Virus record (IMG/VR): IMGVR_UViG_3300033111_000121 | Coordinates: 1-53,906 of that record | Direction: 5' to 3' (one strand) | Length of the DNA: 53,906 nt | Origin: a virus | Shown here: piece after piece, positions 16,121 through 25,900 of the stretch | How the letters are laid out: each line of letters begins with the position of its first letter | How positions within the stretch are numbered: the stretch's first letter is position 1 | Position numbers and translations under genes: made by a program | The notes under the pieces: generated by a model | The model's input: only the letters and a program-made list of their open reading frames with translations | Databases searched by the model: none | Told to the model about the DNA's origin: nothing

Positions 16121-16606
16121 ATGGGACAGCGAGGACCACTTCCCAAGCCCAAGCTCGTCGTAGACCATCCTGCGTCGAAGGCGGTGGAGGCCAAGCGGCT
16201 TCCGCCGCCTTCGGCTGGCGGCATCACGAAGAAGAACCTGGGCGGGGATCTTGCTCCAAAGGCCCGCGAGGTGTGGAACGAGATCCGGGAGCTGGATCAT
16301 CCGGTCCTGGAGGGCTGCGATGTCATGGTCCTGGGTCGTTACTGTGTGATGCTGGCGCTCTGGAGGGAACTCTGGAGCGAGCTGTCGACCAAGGGCCTCT
16401 CCTACTCCCACGAGAGCCGCTACCAGGACGAGTCGAAGCGGCTCCACCCCGAGGTAGGAGTCGCCCAGAACCTCTCCAAGGACATGATGGCGCTCGAGAA
16501 GGTCCTCGGACTGACCCCTGACGCCCGCTTGAGGCTGCCTTCGTCGAAGGCAAAGACCCCCAGCGCGGATGACGCCGCTCGAGCGGCCTTCAACAACCGT
16601 GTATGA
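16121..16606 (+). CDS. terS: Terminase small subunit, P27 family
   Basis: MGQRGPLPKPK..., W..I..L......D..VLGRYCVMLALWRE, EKVLGLTPDARLRL. ATGA overlap with terL. Confidence 0.85.
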   Translation: MGQRGPLPKPKLVVDHPASKAVEAKRLPPPSAGGITKKNLGGDLAPKAREVWNEIRELDHPVLEGCDVMVLGRYCVMLALWRELWSELSTKGLSYSHESRYQDESKRLHPEVGVAQNLSKDMMALEKVLGLTPDARLRLPSSKAKTPSADDAARAAFNNRV

Positions 16607-18351
16607 CCTCCCGATGGGCCGGTCGACCGGATCTGGAGTACGCTGACAAGGTACTCTCGGGCGAGATCCTCGCCTGCAAGCTGACCAAGCAGGCCTGTCA
16701 GCGCCACCTCGACGACCTCGACAAGATCGAAGGCGATCCTGAGTGGCAGTACGTCTTCGATCCCCAGCGCGGGAGCGAACCAATCGAGTTCGCCCGCCTC
16801 TTCTGCCGGCATTACCAGGGCTACAGCGCCGGTCAGGCCTTCGACTTCGACCTGTGGCAGTGCTTCATTGCCATGAGCCTGTTCGGGTGGGTTCACAAGG
16901 AGACCGGGCTCCGTCGATTCTCCGAGGGCGTCGTCTACGTCGCCCGAAAGAATGGGAAATCGACTCTGGGAGCGCCCCTGAGCCTCTACACGACCTTCTA
17001 CGAGGGCGAACCGGGTGCTCAGGGGTACTTCATCGCCACCAAGGAGGATCAGGCCCGTCTTGCGTTCGATATGGCGCGTCACATGAGCCTCAGAAGCTCT
17101 TCCTTGATCGAAAAGTTGAAGGTCAAGACGAAGGAGATCAACACCGGGCTCGGTGAGTGCTATATGAAGCCTCTTGGTCAGGACTCAAAGACCCTGGATG
17201 GCCTCAACGCTCACTTCATCCTGTGTGACGAGCTTCACGCGCACGAAACCAGAGAGCTGTATGACGTGATGGACAGCTCTACGGTTGGTAGAACCCAACC
17301 GCTGACCTTCTGTATCTCAACGGCCGGTGCTGCAATCGAGAACGGCCTTGGTCGAATCAAGTGGCACCATGTAGAGCAGATCCTAAACGGGTCCATCAAG
17401 GATGAAGGTACCTTTGGGATCATCTATACCATCGATGAAGATGACAACTGGCGCGATCCTAAGTGTTGGGCCAAGGCAAACCCCGGCCTGGGTGTCTCGA
17501 TCCACATGGATCGCCTCATGTCGATCTACAACCGCCGTGTCAACGAGCCCGGTGGAGCCGATGAGTTCCGCAAGAAGCACTGCAACCAGTGGTTAGCCTC
17601 CGAAGCCATGGCTTACGACATGGAGAAGTGGCATGCGAGCAAGCCCGAAGGCCATTCAATCGAGATCATCAAGCGCATGACTTCGTATGGCGGACTCGAT
17701 CTTGCCAGGAGAGAGGATTTCTCCTGCTTTGCGTTGTGGACTCCGGTGGAAGAGGAGTGGGACAAGGGACCCAACCGGATCGAAGTCTGGTCGTGGATTC
17801 CAGATCACATGGTCGAGGACAAGGGTAGGCGTTGTCGTATACCGATCCATGACTGGATCGAGCAGGGATACGTCGAACCGACTCCAGGTACGACCACCAA
17901 CTACGGTGTCATCCGGCAGCGGATCAACGAGATCGGTGAGAAGTACAACGTCCACTCCATCAGCTTCGATCCGGCCTTCGCGGATCAGCTCGTGTCCGAT
18001 CTCGAGAGCGACGGCTTCGAGATGATCGAGATCCCGCAGTTCCCGCGCCACCTGACGGCGGCCACCCAGGAGTTCGGCCGGCAGATGTACGCGGGGGTCC
18101 TGGATCATCGGGACAACCCTGTGCTAACGTGGATGGTCTCGAACTGCGTGTACAAGCCGTCGAACGACGACTACCTCAAGCTCGACAAGAAACTGTCCAT
18201 AGAGAAGATCGACGGCGTTACGGCGAACGTGAACGGCATGACCTCGTGGATCAAGATCAGGAGCGAGTTCTTCAACAGTCGGTACGACGACCCTGATGAG
18301 GATGTCATCATGGTGAAGTCCGACAGAATCAGGGAAGTGGCAGGAGTATGA
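16603..18351 (+). CDS. terL: Terminase large subunit (Terminase_1/HK97 type)
   Basis: 582 aa. Walker A region VYVARKNGKST, ILCDELHA Walker B-like motif, and a conserved C-terminal nuclease half. Confidence 0.92.
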   Translation: MTSRWAGRPDLEYADKVLSGEILACKLTKQACQRHLDDLDKIEGDPEWQYVFDPQRGSEPIEFARLFCRHYQGYSAGQAFDFDLWQCFIAMSLFGWVHKETGLRRFSEGVVYVARKNGKSTLGAPLSLYTTFYEGEPGAQGYFIATKEDQARLAFDMARHMSLRSSSLIEKLKVKTKEINTGLGECYMKPLGQDSKTLDGLNAHFILCDELHAHETRELYDVMDSSTVGRTQPLTFCISTAGAAIENGLGRIKWHHVEQILNGSIKDEGTFGIIYTIDEDDNWRDPKCWAKANPGLGVSIHMDRLMSIYNRRVNEPGGADEFRKKHCNQWLASEAMAYDMEKWHASKPEGHSIEIIKRMTSYGGLDLARREDFSCFALWTPVEEEWDKGPNRIEVWSWIPDHMVEDKGRRCRIPIHDWIEQGYVEPTPGTTTNYGVIRQRINEIGEKYNVHSISFDPAFADQLVSDLESDGFEMIEIPQFPRHLTAATQEFGRQMYAGVLDHRDNPVLTWMVSNCVYKPSNDDYLKLDKKLSIEKIDGVTANVNGMTSWIKIRSEFFNSRYDDPDEDVIMVKSDRIREVAGV

Positions 18352-18800
18352 AACTGATGGAGGTGCAGAATATGGAGAAGAAGAGCAAGGATTCAAAGCT
18401 CCAGGCAGAGCTTAGGTTCCAGTTAAAGGCCTTGGGTCTTCCAGATCCCGAAGAGGAATTCCATTTCGCCAAGCCTCATCGACAGTGGCGGGCGGATATG
18501 GCCTACCCTCACATTTGCTTGATCATCGAGATCCAGGGTGGGCGCTGGATGGAGGAAGGCGCTCACAACACCGGCAAGGGTCTCGCAAGAGACTACGAGA
18601 AGGCCAATGCGGCTCAGGCTCTTGGATGGCGCTACCTCCAGTTTCACGAAGGGGATATCAAGAGCGGTTGGGCTGCCGAGTTGATCTCCCGGTGGTTGTA
18701 CGATCGCAACGACGATTTCGAGCCCTGGTGGGACAAGAAGGCACACTTGGAGAAGGTGACCAGTGGCAAGGTTCATACCGAGGACGACAGCAGCAACTAG
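18348..18800 (+). CDS. Vsr/DUF559-like PD-(D/E)xK endonuclease, 150 aa
   Basis: EEEFHFAKPHRQWRADMAYPHICLIIEIQGGRW...ARDYEKANAAQALGWRYLQF fits the Vsr-like fold pattern. ATGA overlap with the terL stop. Confidence 0.6.
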   Translation: MKLMEVQNMEKKSKDSKLQAELRFQLKALGLPDPEEEFHFAKPHRQWRADMAYPHICLIIEIQGGRWMEEGAHNTGKGLARDYEKANAAQALGWRYLQFHEGDIKSGWAAELISRWLYDRNDDFEPWWDKKAHLEKVTSGKVHTEDDSSN

Positions 18801-19248
18801 CGGCAAGACCGTCTCCCTGAGGCAGACGCCGCAGTTGTACGCGGAGATCGGCGCGAACATCCGCCGTCTGCCGCCGAAGATCGTCAAGGCCCAGGGTTTG
18901 GTCCTGATAGACGAGTACCGGCGCAGAAGCGGCATCGTGGCGCTCCTGGGGCGTCTTCTGCGGGGATGGAGGTTCGCCAGGATCCCGGATCAGTTCAAGG
19001 ACGAGTACGCCCTTGCCATCGTCAACAGGGAGCGCCACGCGGGGCTCATCGACGATGGCCGGAAGCTGCGGCCGGCAGGGGACCGATCCCCGTCCGGCAG
19101 GCGGCGCAAGAGGACGTTCTCCAAGCCCTTCTACACGGGTTCGAGGCGAGCGCCCCGAGGGATCGCCCGGCCTGCGGTAGAGTCCAAGAGACCGGAGCTG
19201 AGGCGGATCGCCGTCAGGCTCCTCAGGGAAGCGATGCTCAAGTCATGA
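18763..19248 (+). CDS. Basic hypothetical protein, up to 161 aa (start uncertain)
   Basis: ORF track. Very GC-rich third positions support this frame. Confidence 0.55.
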   Translation: MARFIPRTTAATSGKTVSLRQTPQLYAEIGANIRRLPPKIVKAQGLVLIDEYRRRSGIVALLGRLLRGWRFARIPDQFKDEYALAIVNRERHAGLIDDGRKLRPAGDRSPSGRRRKRTFSKPFYTGSRRAPRGIARPAVESKRPELRRIAVRLLREAMLKS

Positions 19249-19328
19249 AGAAGCTCCGCAGATGGGTGAAGAGAAACCTGCCGTTCGCTCTCTGGCTCGG
19301 CATCCTCACGCTGGATAGCTTCCTGTGA
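19245..19328 (+). CDS. Small hydrophobic peptide, 27 aa
   Basis: ATGA overlap upstream and GTGA overlap downstream. Sequence MKKLRRWVKRNLPFALWLGILTLDSFL. Confidence 0.35.
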   Translation: MKKLRRWVKRNLPFALWLGILTLDSFL

Positions 19329-19849
19329 TCGGCGCGGAACAGCTCGAGGACAAGCTGGGCGAGATCGTCACCGTCTGGGGGAAGCTCGAGAAACCCACCC
19401 AGCTCGCGGCGGGCAACATCGACGTGAAGACCGCCAAGAGGGTGAACAACGCCCTCGTCGTGTGCTGGGCCGTGGGCGACATCGACATCAAGTACCTGAC
19501 CTTCTCCTCGAGGCTGGTGTGCGGCAACCTCGGCCTCCTGCTGGCTGTTCCGAAGGGCCAGGGCCGGGGTCGGTTCTCCAGGGCCATCGCCGGCCTCGAT
19601 GCCGTCTTCTCCCAGGATGAGCTGAGGATCATCGATTGGGGGGGCGAGGCCGGGGCCGACAGGGACGATCTCTCGACCCTCACGACCCTCGTGAACGACG
19701 AGGACCTGGACTTCGGAGAGATCCTTTCCGAGACCGGGGAACCCAACCACATGAACGTCTCGAGGATTGAGGAAGTCAGGGATGGCGACTCTGCCTGGAT
19801 GGTCAGGAACGTGGTGATTCCGGCCGCCTTGTACCTCGAGCTGGAGTAG
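19325..19849 (+). CDS. Hypothetical protein, 174 aa (position suggests a tail-joining role)
   Basis: ORF track; GTG start. Confidence 0.55.
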   Translation: MIGAEQLEDKLGEIVTVWGKLEKPTQLAAGNIDVKTAKRVNNALVVCWAVGDIDIKYLTFSSRLVCGNLGLLLAVPKGQGRGRFSRAIAGLDAVFSQDELRIIDWGGEAGADRDDLSTLTTLVNDEDLDFGEILSETGEPNHMNVSRIEEVRDGDSAWMVRNVVIPAALYLELE

Positions 19850-19887
19850 TGTAGACTCGGGTGGCGCGATTTCAAGGAGACCGCTGA

Positions 19888-21195
19888 ATGGCAAAGCAGA
19901 AATGGAAGGGTGTCGGGCTTTTCTTCGGAGGTCACGACATCTCTGGGGCGGCCAACGAGCTGTCTCTCGATCCTGAGATGCCGGTGGTCGAGACCACCAA
20001 TTTCAGATCCAGGGGCTTTCGAGATACCACAACGGTCATGCTCGGCATGAAGGCTTCCCTCAAGGGGTTCATTGAGGCCGACATTCCGGTAGAGAGCTTG
20101 GGGGCGACCGGAGATACGGATGCTGTGGCTCCGGTGTTTTCCATGGTCGCCGCCCGGTCTGTTGCGGGTCTTTTCCCCATTGGCACCCTCTCTCAGTGGA
20201 TGATGGAGCCTTCAACCATGATGTTCAAGTCGATTCAGACGGTTGGCGATGTCCAGCGGTTTGAAGCGGAACTTGGACTGTCCGGGCGTTTTGGTATGAA
20301 CGGGCGGCTTGCGGCCTTCGTGAACCAGGAGAGCGCCTTGGCGTCTGGCGGGGAGATAATGTCCTTTGAGGCTGCCGCAGTGGAGAACGATCTCCAGATC
20401 ACGGCGATCCTTCACTGCTTTAGGGCTGATGCCGCGACTGCCGATACTCCCACTTTGGTTATCGCTCTGGAGCGGGGAAAATATCGTCGTGGTGATGCAG
20501 GTGACTTTGGTGCTCCTTCGGCGGTTACCAAGACTGCTTCCAGTCTTGGCAGTGTTGCTGATGTTGAGACTCCCTATCTTTTTTCTCAGACCGCTGCCAA
20601 CTCCAGCATTGGTAGTGCTGGAGGAACCACTGGCCCGGCTCTGGTTTGGAAAACGGCTGATGGTGTTTACTACGCTATCAGGAAAGCAAAGATCCTTAGG
20701 CGGGACAGCAAACAGACAACTATTGACACAGACATCACAACTAATGCTGCTGCTGAGCTTGGTAGTGTTGAGGATGGCGGTCGTTGGTTTGCCAATGCTG
20801 ATGAAGCAGCAGGTCACAAGAACAGGGGTTTCATCACGGTTGGTACTGCTTCCAGCTTGTCTGTGGCTAACGCTGGCACCCATGTCCTTCTTGGAACTGC
20901 TGATGCAAAGACCCGTGCCGCTGTACAGTCTATCCAAACCTTGTACAACCTAGCTACCTCGAATGCACAGAAGAGGACTCGATCGTTCAGCTTCTCTGCG
21001 GTTACTGGGGCGCAATTCGCTTCGATTGACAAGGGCAGTGACGAGACTCACCAGATTCTCGAGTTGAATGCTGAGAATATTGGGTCTTCCGCTGCTTCTG
21101 ATGCTGGATGGTGGAGAGTGAAGTGGACCAAGGCAGGGTCAGGAAACTTCACCAAGATCAAGTTCGGGGTAGTTCTCGACTTACCGGATGTGTAG
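19888..21195 (+). CDS. Major tail (tube) protein candidate, 435 aa
   Basis: AAGGAGA SD. The N-terminal pattern (ISGAANELSLDPEMPVVETTNFRSRGFRDTT..GMKASLKGF) resembles tail tube proteins. It sits upstream of the chaperones and tape measure gene. Confidence 0.5.
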   Translation: MAKQKWKGVGLFFGGHDISGAANELSLDPEMPVVETTNFRSRGFRDTTTVMLGMKASLKGFIEADIPVESLGATGDTDAVAPVFSMVAARSVAGLFPIGTLSQWMMEPSTMMFKSIQTVGDVQRFEAELGLSGRFGMNGRLAAFVNQESALASGGEIMSFEAAAVENDLQITAILHCFRADAATADTPTLVIALERGKYRRGDAGDFGAPSAVTKTASSLGSVADVETPYLFSQTAANSSIGSAGGTTGPALVWKTADGVYYAIRKAKILRRDSKQTTIDTDITTNAAAELGSVEDGGRWFANADEAAGHKNRGFITVGTASSLSVANAGTHVLLGTADAKTRAAVQSIQTLYNLATSNAQKRTRSFSFSAVTGAQFASIDKGSDETHQILELNAENIGSSAASDAGWWRVKWTKAGSGNFTKIKFGVVLDLPDV

Positions 21196-21217
21196 AAACA
21201 AGACTGAGGAGGTCTGA

Positions 21218-21940
21218 ATGGCAAAGCGGAAGATCAAGAATCCGGCTGTGTGGGCGTTCCCCGCGAGTCGGAGCGTGGCTGGAGGCAATCAGGAGGTTGG
21301 GGACGAGTTGAACGTGTTCCCGACCCTTCCCGGCCTTGGAGGCGGATCCAGGTCGGGTCTGGAGCTGGATGGCTGGACGGATTGCCGGCGCGACGTGTCG
21401 GAGATCATGTACGACATCGACATCCGGCAGGAGGAGACCACCACGGCCGTGAACCGGGGATTCCGGTCGGAGGAGGGTGTCGAGTCGTCCTGTGGCGTTC
21501 AGATCGGTTTTCGGCCCGACAGGGGCCTTGGAGACGGTCTTTATGCGATGATTCGCAAGGAGGCCCAGGGAGTGGCCGGCGACACCAAGGCTGGCAAGAT
21601 TTTCTTGGCGATTCAGCATCAGGCGGCTGCCAACGGCAATCTCGTTGCCGATGCTGGAAACCCGATCTTCATGTGCCTTGTGTCGGTCACGAAGGTGCCT
21701 GGAGGCGGTCGGGTGAACACTCTTGCCAACTGGCGGCTGGATTACCCGAGTTCCGGCGAGTTCAAGCTCGTGGACGGTGGAGATCTGGCGGCTAGCACGA
21801 CCATCCCGGCGCGGAATGGTCCTGTTGGGTATGGCGATAACGCTGGAGGTAAGGACATTTCTAGCAGCACTTCCTCTAACCCTGCCACGCCGGCCGAGCG
21901 CCTCGCCTACGTCAACAGTCAGGCCCCGGTCTACACCTAG
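21218..21940 (+). CDS. Second tail-tube-like protein, 240 aa
   Basis: GAGGAGG SD. It has a similar N-terminus (MAKRKIK vs MAKQKWK) and a T..V..GFRS motif. Confidence 0.4.
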   Translation: MAKRKIKNPAVWAFPASRSVAGGNQEVGDELNVFPTLPGLGGGSRSGLELDGWTDCRRDVSEIMYDIDIRQEETTTAVNRGFRSEEGVESSCGVQIGFRPDRGLGDGLYAMIRKEAQGVAGDTKAGKIFLAIQHQAAANGNLVADAGNPIFMCLVSVTKVPGGGRVNTLANWRLDYPSSGEFKLVDGGDLAASTTIPARNGPVGYGDNAGGKDISSSTSSNPATPAERLAYVNSQAPVYT

Positions 21941-21972
21941 TCTTGAATCCCCAAAGGGGCGGGGTTCATCGA

Positions 21973-22009
21973 GGGACAGGCCTGTAGTGGGCCTGTCCCT
22001 TATTTTTTC
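21973..22009 (+). terminator. Rho-independent terminator
   Basis: GGGACAGGCC / GGCCTGTCCC stem, 7-nt loop, then TTATTTTTT. Confidence 0.8.
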
Positions 22010-22029
22010 TCGAAAGGAGAATGAATGCC

Positions 22030-22674
22030 ATGTCGTTCAACGTCAGGACAGAAAACCCTCAGCTAACAGACACCTTCGAGGTTGAACTCGAGGTCCTGGA
22101 GTCTGAGGCGGAAAACACCGAGAGCGGCGAGCCTGAGACGGCCGCCCTCATCTTCAACAAGTCTCGCTTCGTCCGGTACGTCGATGAGACCCGAATCATC
22201 CGTGAGGTCCGCGATGAACAGTTCGCGGCATCGGTCAGGGCTCGTCTGCGCCTGGGCCGGGAGATCAACGTCCCCGAGTCCGAGGATGGCCCCGATGTCG
22301 TGGACGAGGAGTTCGAAGCTCTGTACCGCGAGGAGATCGACAAGGCGGTGGGTCAGTTCACGGCCGAGGAGATCCGCACGGGCGGTCAGCAGCGTCTTGA
22401 GGCGATGCCCGGTCGATTGGCCGAGTGCATCGACGGATGGCGCAACGTCAAGGTCAACGGCCGGCTGGTTGATTTCGACCGCGACCTTTGCACCAAACTC
22501 CTTTCCGAAGGCAAGGACTTCTCGTTCGCCCTCTTCGTCATGGGTGCGGCTCAGGGTGCCTTTGTGGCAGAGCAGGCCGCGCTTGAGGTAGCGGAGGGAA
22601 ACTCAGAGCAGTCGTCCGATGGCGAACCCTCAAGCTCTCCGACGACGACACCCGAGAAGGAATCGACCACCTAG
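22030..22674 (+). CDS. Tail assembly chaperone (gpG-like)
   Basis: Sits immediately upstream of the tape measure gene, has an acidic C-terminus and contains the slippery site. ATG 22030 lies 10 nt after GGAG; the track starts it at 22021. Confidence 0.7.
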   Translation: MSFNVRTENPQLTDTFEVELEVLESEAENTESGEPETAALIFNKSRFVRYVDETRIIREVRDEQFAASVRARLRLGREINVPESEDGPDVVDEEFEALYREEIDKAVGQFTAEEIRTGGQQRLEAMPGRLAECIDGWRNVKVNGRLVDFDRDLCTKLLSEGKDFSFALFVMGAAQGAFVAEQAALEVAEGNSEQSSDGEPSSSPTTTPEKESTT

Positions 22675-22973
22675 TAGAGATCAAGCGTGAAGAAGGGGAC
22701 AGGAGATCCTATGAGGCCATTGTTGCCGAAGCCTTCGCTGAGGAGGAAGTGGTCCCTATCCCTTACCCAATCGTTCGATCAGCTCTTGCTCTGTGGTCAC
22801 ACGTTCCGACCGATCAGAACGGTACACCGATCTGGACAGAGCTGAGAGCTATACTTGAAGACCTAGCACCATCTAACAGACAAGATGTGTTTAGGCGCTT
22901 GATCACCGCAGCCTGCGACGAAAGCAGTAAAGTCCATAGAGAACTGAGAAGAGAAGCTAGAGATAATGGCTGA
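22030..22973 (+). CDS. Tail assembly chaperone frameshift product (gpGT-like), join 22030..22602, 22602..22973
   Basis: The -1 frame extension ends at TGA 22971-22973, overlapping the tape measure ATG at 22966. Track ORF 22749..22973 is its tail. Confidence 0.65.
22596..22602 (+). other. -1 programmed frameshift slippery heptamer G GGA AAC
   Basis: An X XXY YYZ heptamer in the zero frame of the chaperone. The -1 frame is open from 22587 to 22973. A GTCGTC/GACGAC stem lies downstream (22611-22646). Confidence 0.7.
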
Positions 22974-25900
22974 TGACGTAAGATTCAACGTCGTTACCAA
23001 CGTCAAAGCTCGTGGCTTTGTCGAGGTCGCCAGTGGCTTCTACCTCGTTCAGTCTGCTGCACAGTTGGCATGGGGCGGTGTAAGCCTTGTCCGTCGAGAG
23101 ATGGACAAGTCTCTCGATACGTTCCGAGAGTACGAGATTGGTCTCATTCAGGTAGGTAAGGTTGCAGGGATCGAAGGGGAACGTCTTCGGTCCATGGGCG
23201 ACGACCTTGACTACCTGAGGACCAAGCTCGCAAAGACCCGCAAGGACGTTTACGACTCTGCCGTTGCTGCGGCCCGTCTGGGTCTCCAGGATGATCAGGA
23301 GATCACTCGTCTCGTCGAGCTGTCTTTGCGCCTCAGCAAGACGAGTGACCTCCAACCAAACGATGGTGTCCGCATCCTCGCCCGATCCTCCGCGATCTCG
23401 GGTGAGTCGCTCACCCGTCATATGGAATCGGTGGCGAACGTCATCTCGGAGCTGGGTGACAACGTGGCGGCCTCCGAGTCCGAGATCTCCGGTCTTCATC
23501 TCGAGGTCCTCAAAGGTACGGCCGCCTGGGAAACCTCTCAGCGTCAGGCGGCTGCATACGCCGCTACCCTTGCCGAGTTCAACGTGCAGGCCGAGGTCGC
23601 CGGTACGGCCATGGGCAAGCTGTTCAGGCGCATGGAGCAGGGTGTCAGGTTCCCCACCTCGAGCATTGGTGTGGCGCTCCAGGAACTCACAGGGATGGAT
23701 GCCAAGCAGCTTCGTACCCTGTATGAGCAGAGCCCGTCGAACGTGGTCAACCTCGTCATGCAGACCATCGGCGAGCAGTTCCGTTCAGGTGAAGGTCCAC
23801 GCCCCTATGTCATCGGCTTGATGGCCGAGCTTGGCCTCCAGTCCGAGAGGCAGGCCAAGGCCCTGTTGCCGATGTTCACGAACCCGGATCGTTTCCAGAA
23901 GGCCATGGAGATTGCCTTCTCACAGGATCCTGCGGTGTTCGAGAAGTCTGCACGAACCGAGCGGACTGCGTTCCACCAGCAGAAGGCTTTCGAGGAGCAT
24001 GTTGCCCTGTTCCGTAGGGACATTGGTGAGCAGCTACAGCCTCACATGAGTGAGTTCTGGATCTCTATGCAGCGCATACTCTCTCAACAGGATCCACAGG
24101 TGATTGCCGAGCGCTTCGCTAATGCCCTTGAGCTTGTTCTCTTGGGTATCGAGAAGGGCGCAAGCATGCTCGAAGGCGTCATGGACTTCATGGACTGGTT
24201 CGGTACCCCTGCGCTGATCGCTGCTGGTGGTTATGGAGCGTTCAGGGGTGTGAAGGCTGGTGGCAAGGCCTTGTTTGGTAAGCCAACCGTAGAGGCCTCG
24301 ATGGGTCGTGCTGGGGTCATGGACCTTACTGTACAGCGTGGCGGCATGTTCATGGGTCCGTACTACGATGATCTCGTCAAGAGAGAGGCCGACATGCGTA
24401 GGTCGAGTCTCATGGCAGTCGAGATGCGTAAGGACTACTCCTTGTCTGGCATGAATGAGGAGGAGATCTCCAGTAGGATGGGCAAGGTCTTTGACGAGAT
24501 GTACAAGGATCCGTCAAAGATAGCTGGATACACCGATCACAGGGCCTTTATGAAGGACTTCGACCGTGATTGGGAGAGTATCCTCCAGAAGAGGGACTCG
24601 AGACTCCACTACATGGAGCGCCAAGCCAACAAAGAGCAGGTAAAGGACGCTGCGAAGGCCTCTCAGGACGTTGCAGAGCAATCTGGAAGCCGTGATGTCC
24701 TCAAGATGCTCGGAATTGGTGGTGCAATGGCCGGTGGAGCGGCTCTTCTTGCTCCTGGAGAGGCCGAAGCGAGCGGATTGAGGCTTCTTGTCAAGTTGGC
24801 AGGGCGTGAAGGGCGCGAATTCGCCTCCAAGAGAGAGGCTTGGGACTACGTTCTTGACAATCCTGGTCTTGGTGGGGTTGTAAGGCAGGGAGAAGAGGTT
24901 CTGTGGAGTGGTAGAGCGCCTTCAAGGGCTGCTTGGGAAGCTCAGCAGATGGCTCGAGGTGGTCAATTCCAGTATGACATGCCCGAAGCCGAAGAGATTG
25001 CCCGATCCATCACTGGACAAAGAGGTGAAGGCTGGTCAAGGTTCCAGGAGTTCGAGGAACAGCTCGATAATGCCTTCTTTAGTGATGATTTCAACAACAT
25101 TGCTAGCGGTGAATGGACTCTCATCAAGCATGGTGACGTTGTTGAGATGGAGAAGGCCTCCGAGATGTTTGGTGAGAGGGCTCGAGGGATCCTCCAGGCC
25201 GAAGCAGCTTATGGTGGTCAGAGGGAAGCCACTCAAGCTCTGGGAGAGCGCCTCGAGGGATATGCGGCAGAGGCCCGCAGATACACGCAGGAGGCTGTCA
25301 GCGTCCATGGAAGGCCTGGAACCCTGGCGGAACGGTTCGCGGCGGCAGACGCGGATGTAGCGGCTTCTGCGGGCCGTGCAGCGCCGACAAGGGTGAGCAT
25401 GGAGGAGGCCCTGGAGGACATCCGGCAGCGGGACTTCGAGGAGCTGCTCGAGATGATCGGGAGCCAGCCCTCCCTCGCCCAGGGAATCCCCTCGGGCCGT
25501 GGCCGCCTGGGTGCCAGCCCCCTTGCCCGGTTCCTGGAGGGAGGCGACCTCGGCAGGGCTGGCATGAGTCCGGCCGCGAGAGCGGCTTCCGAGGCCGCCA
25601 GCGAGCGCCGCTTCCTTTCCTCTCTCGAGGAGTTCCAGGGCGCATCGATGGAGGATCTGCTCGAGCGGGCATCAACGAGTTACAGGACCGATCTCGCGGC
25701 GCGGGGAAGGACTGCCGAGCAGATCGAGGCGTCCTTTGCTCGCTGGTCCGAGCAGCCCGACTTCTTCCGGGCGCAGAGGGCTCGGCCTGTTGCCGAGGCT
25801 GGGGACCCCTCCCTCGTCATCCCCGAGTTCCTCAGCGGCGCTCGGTCAAGAGCCTTTACTCCCCTCTCCGACGATCAGATTGAGAGCCTTTCCGGCCGGC

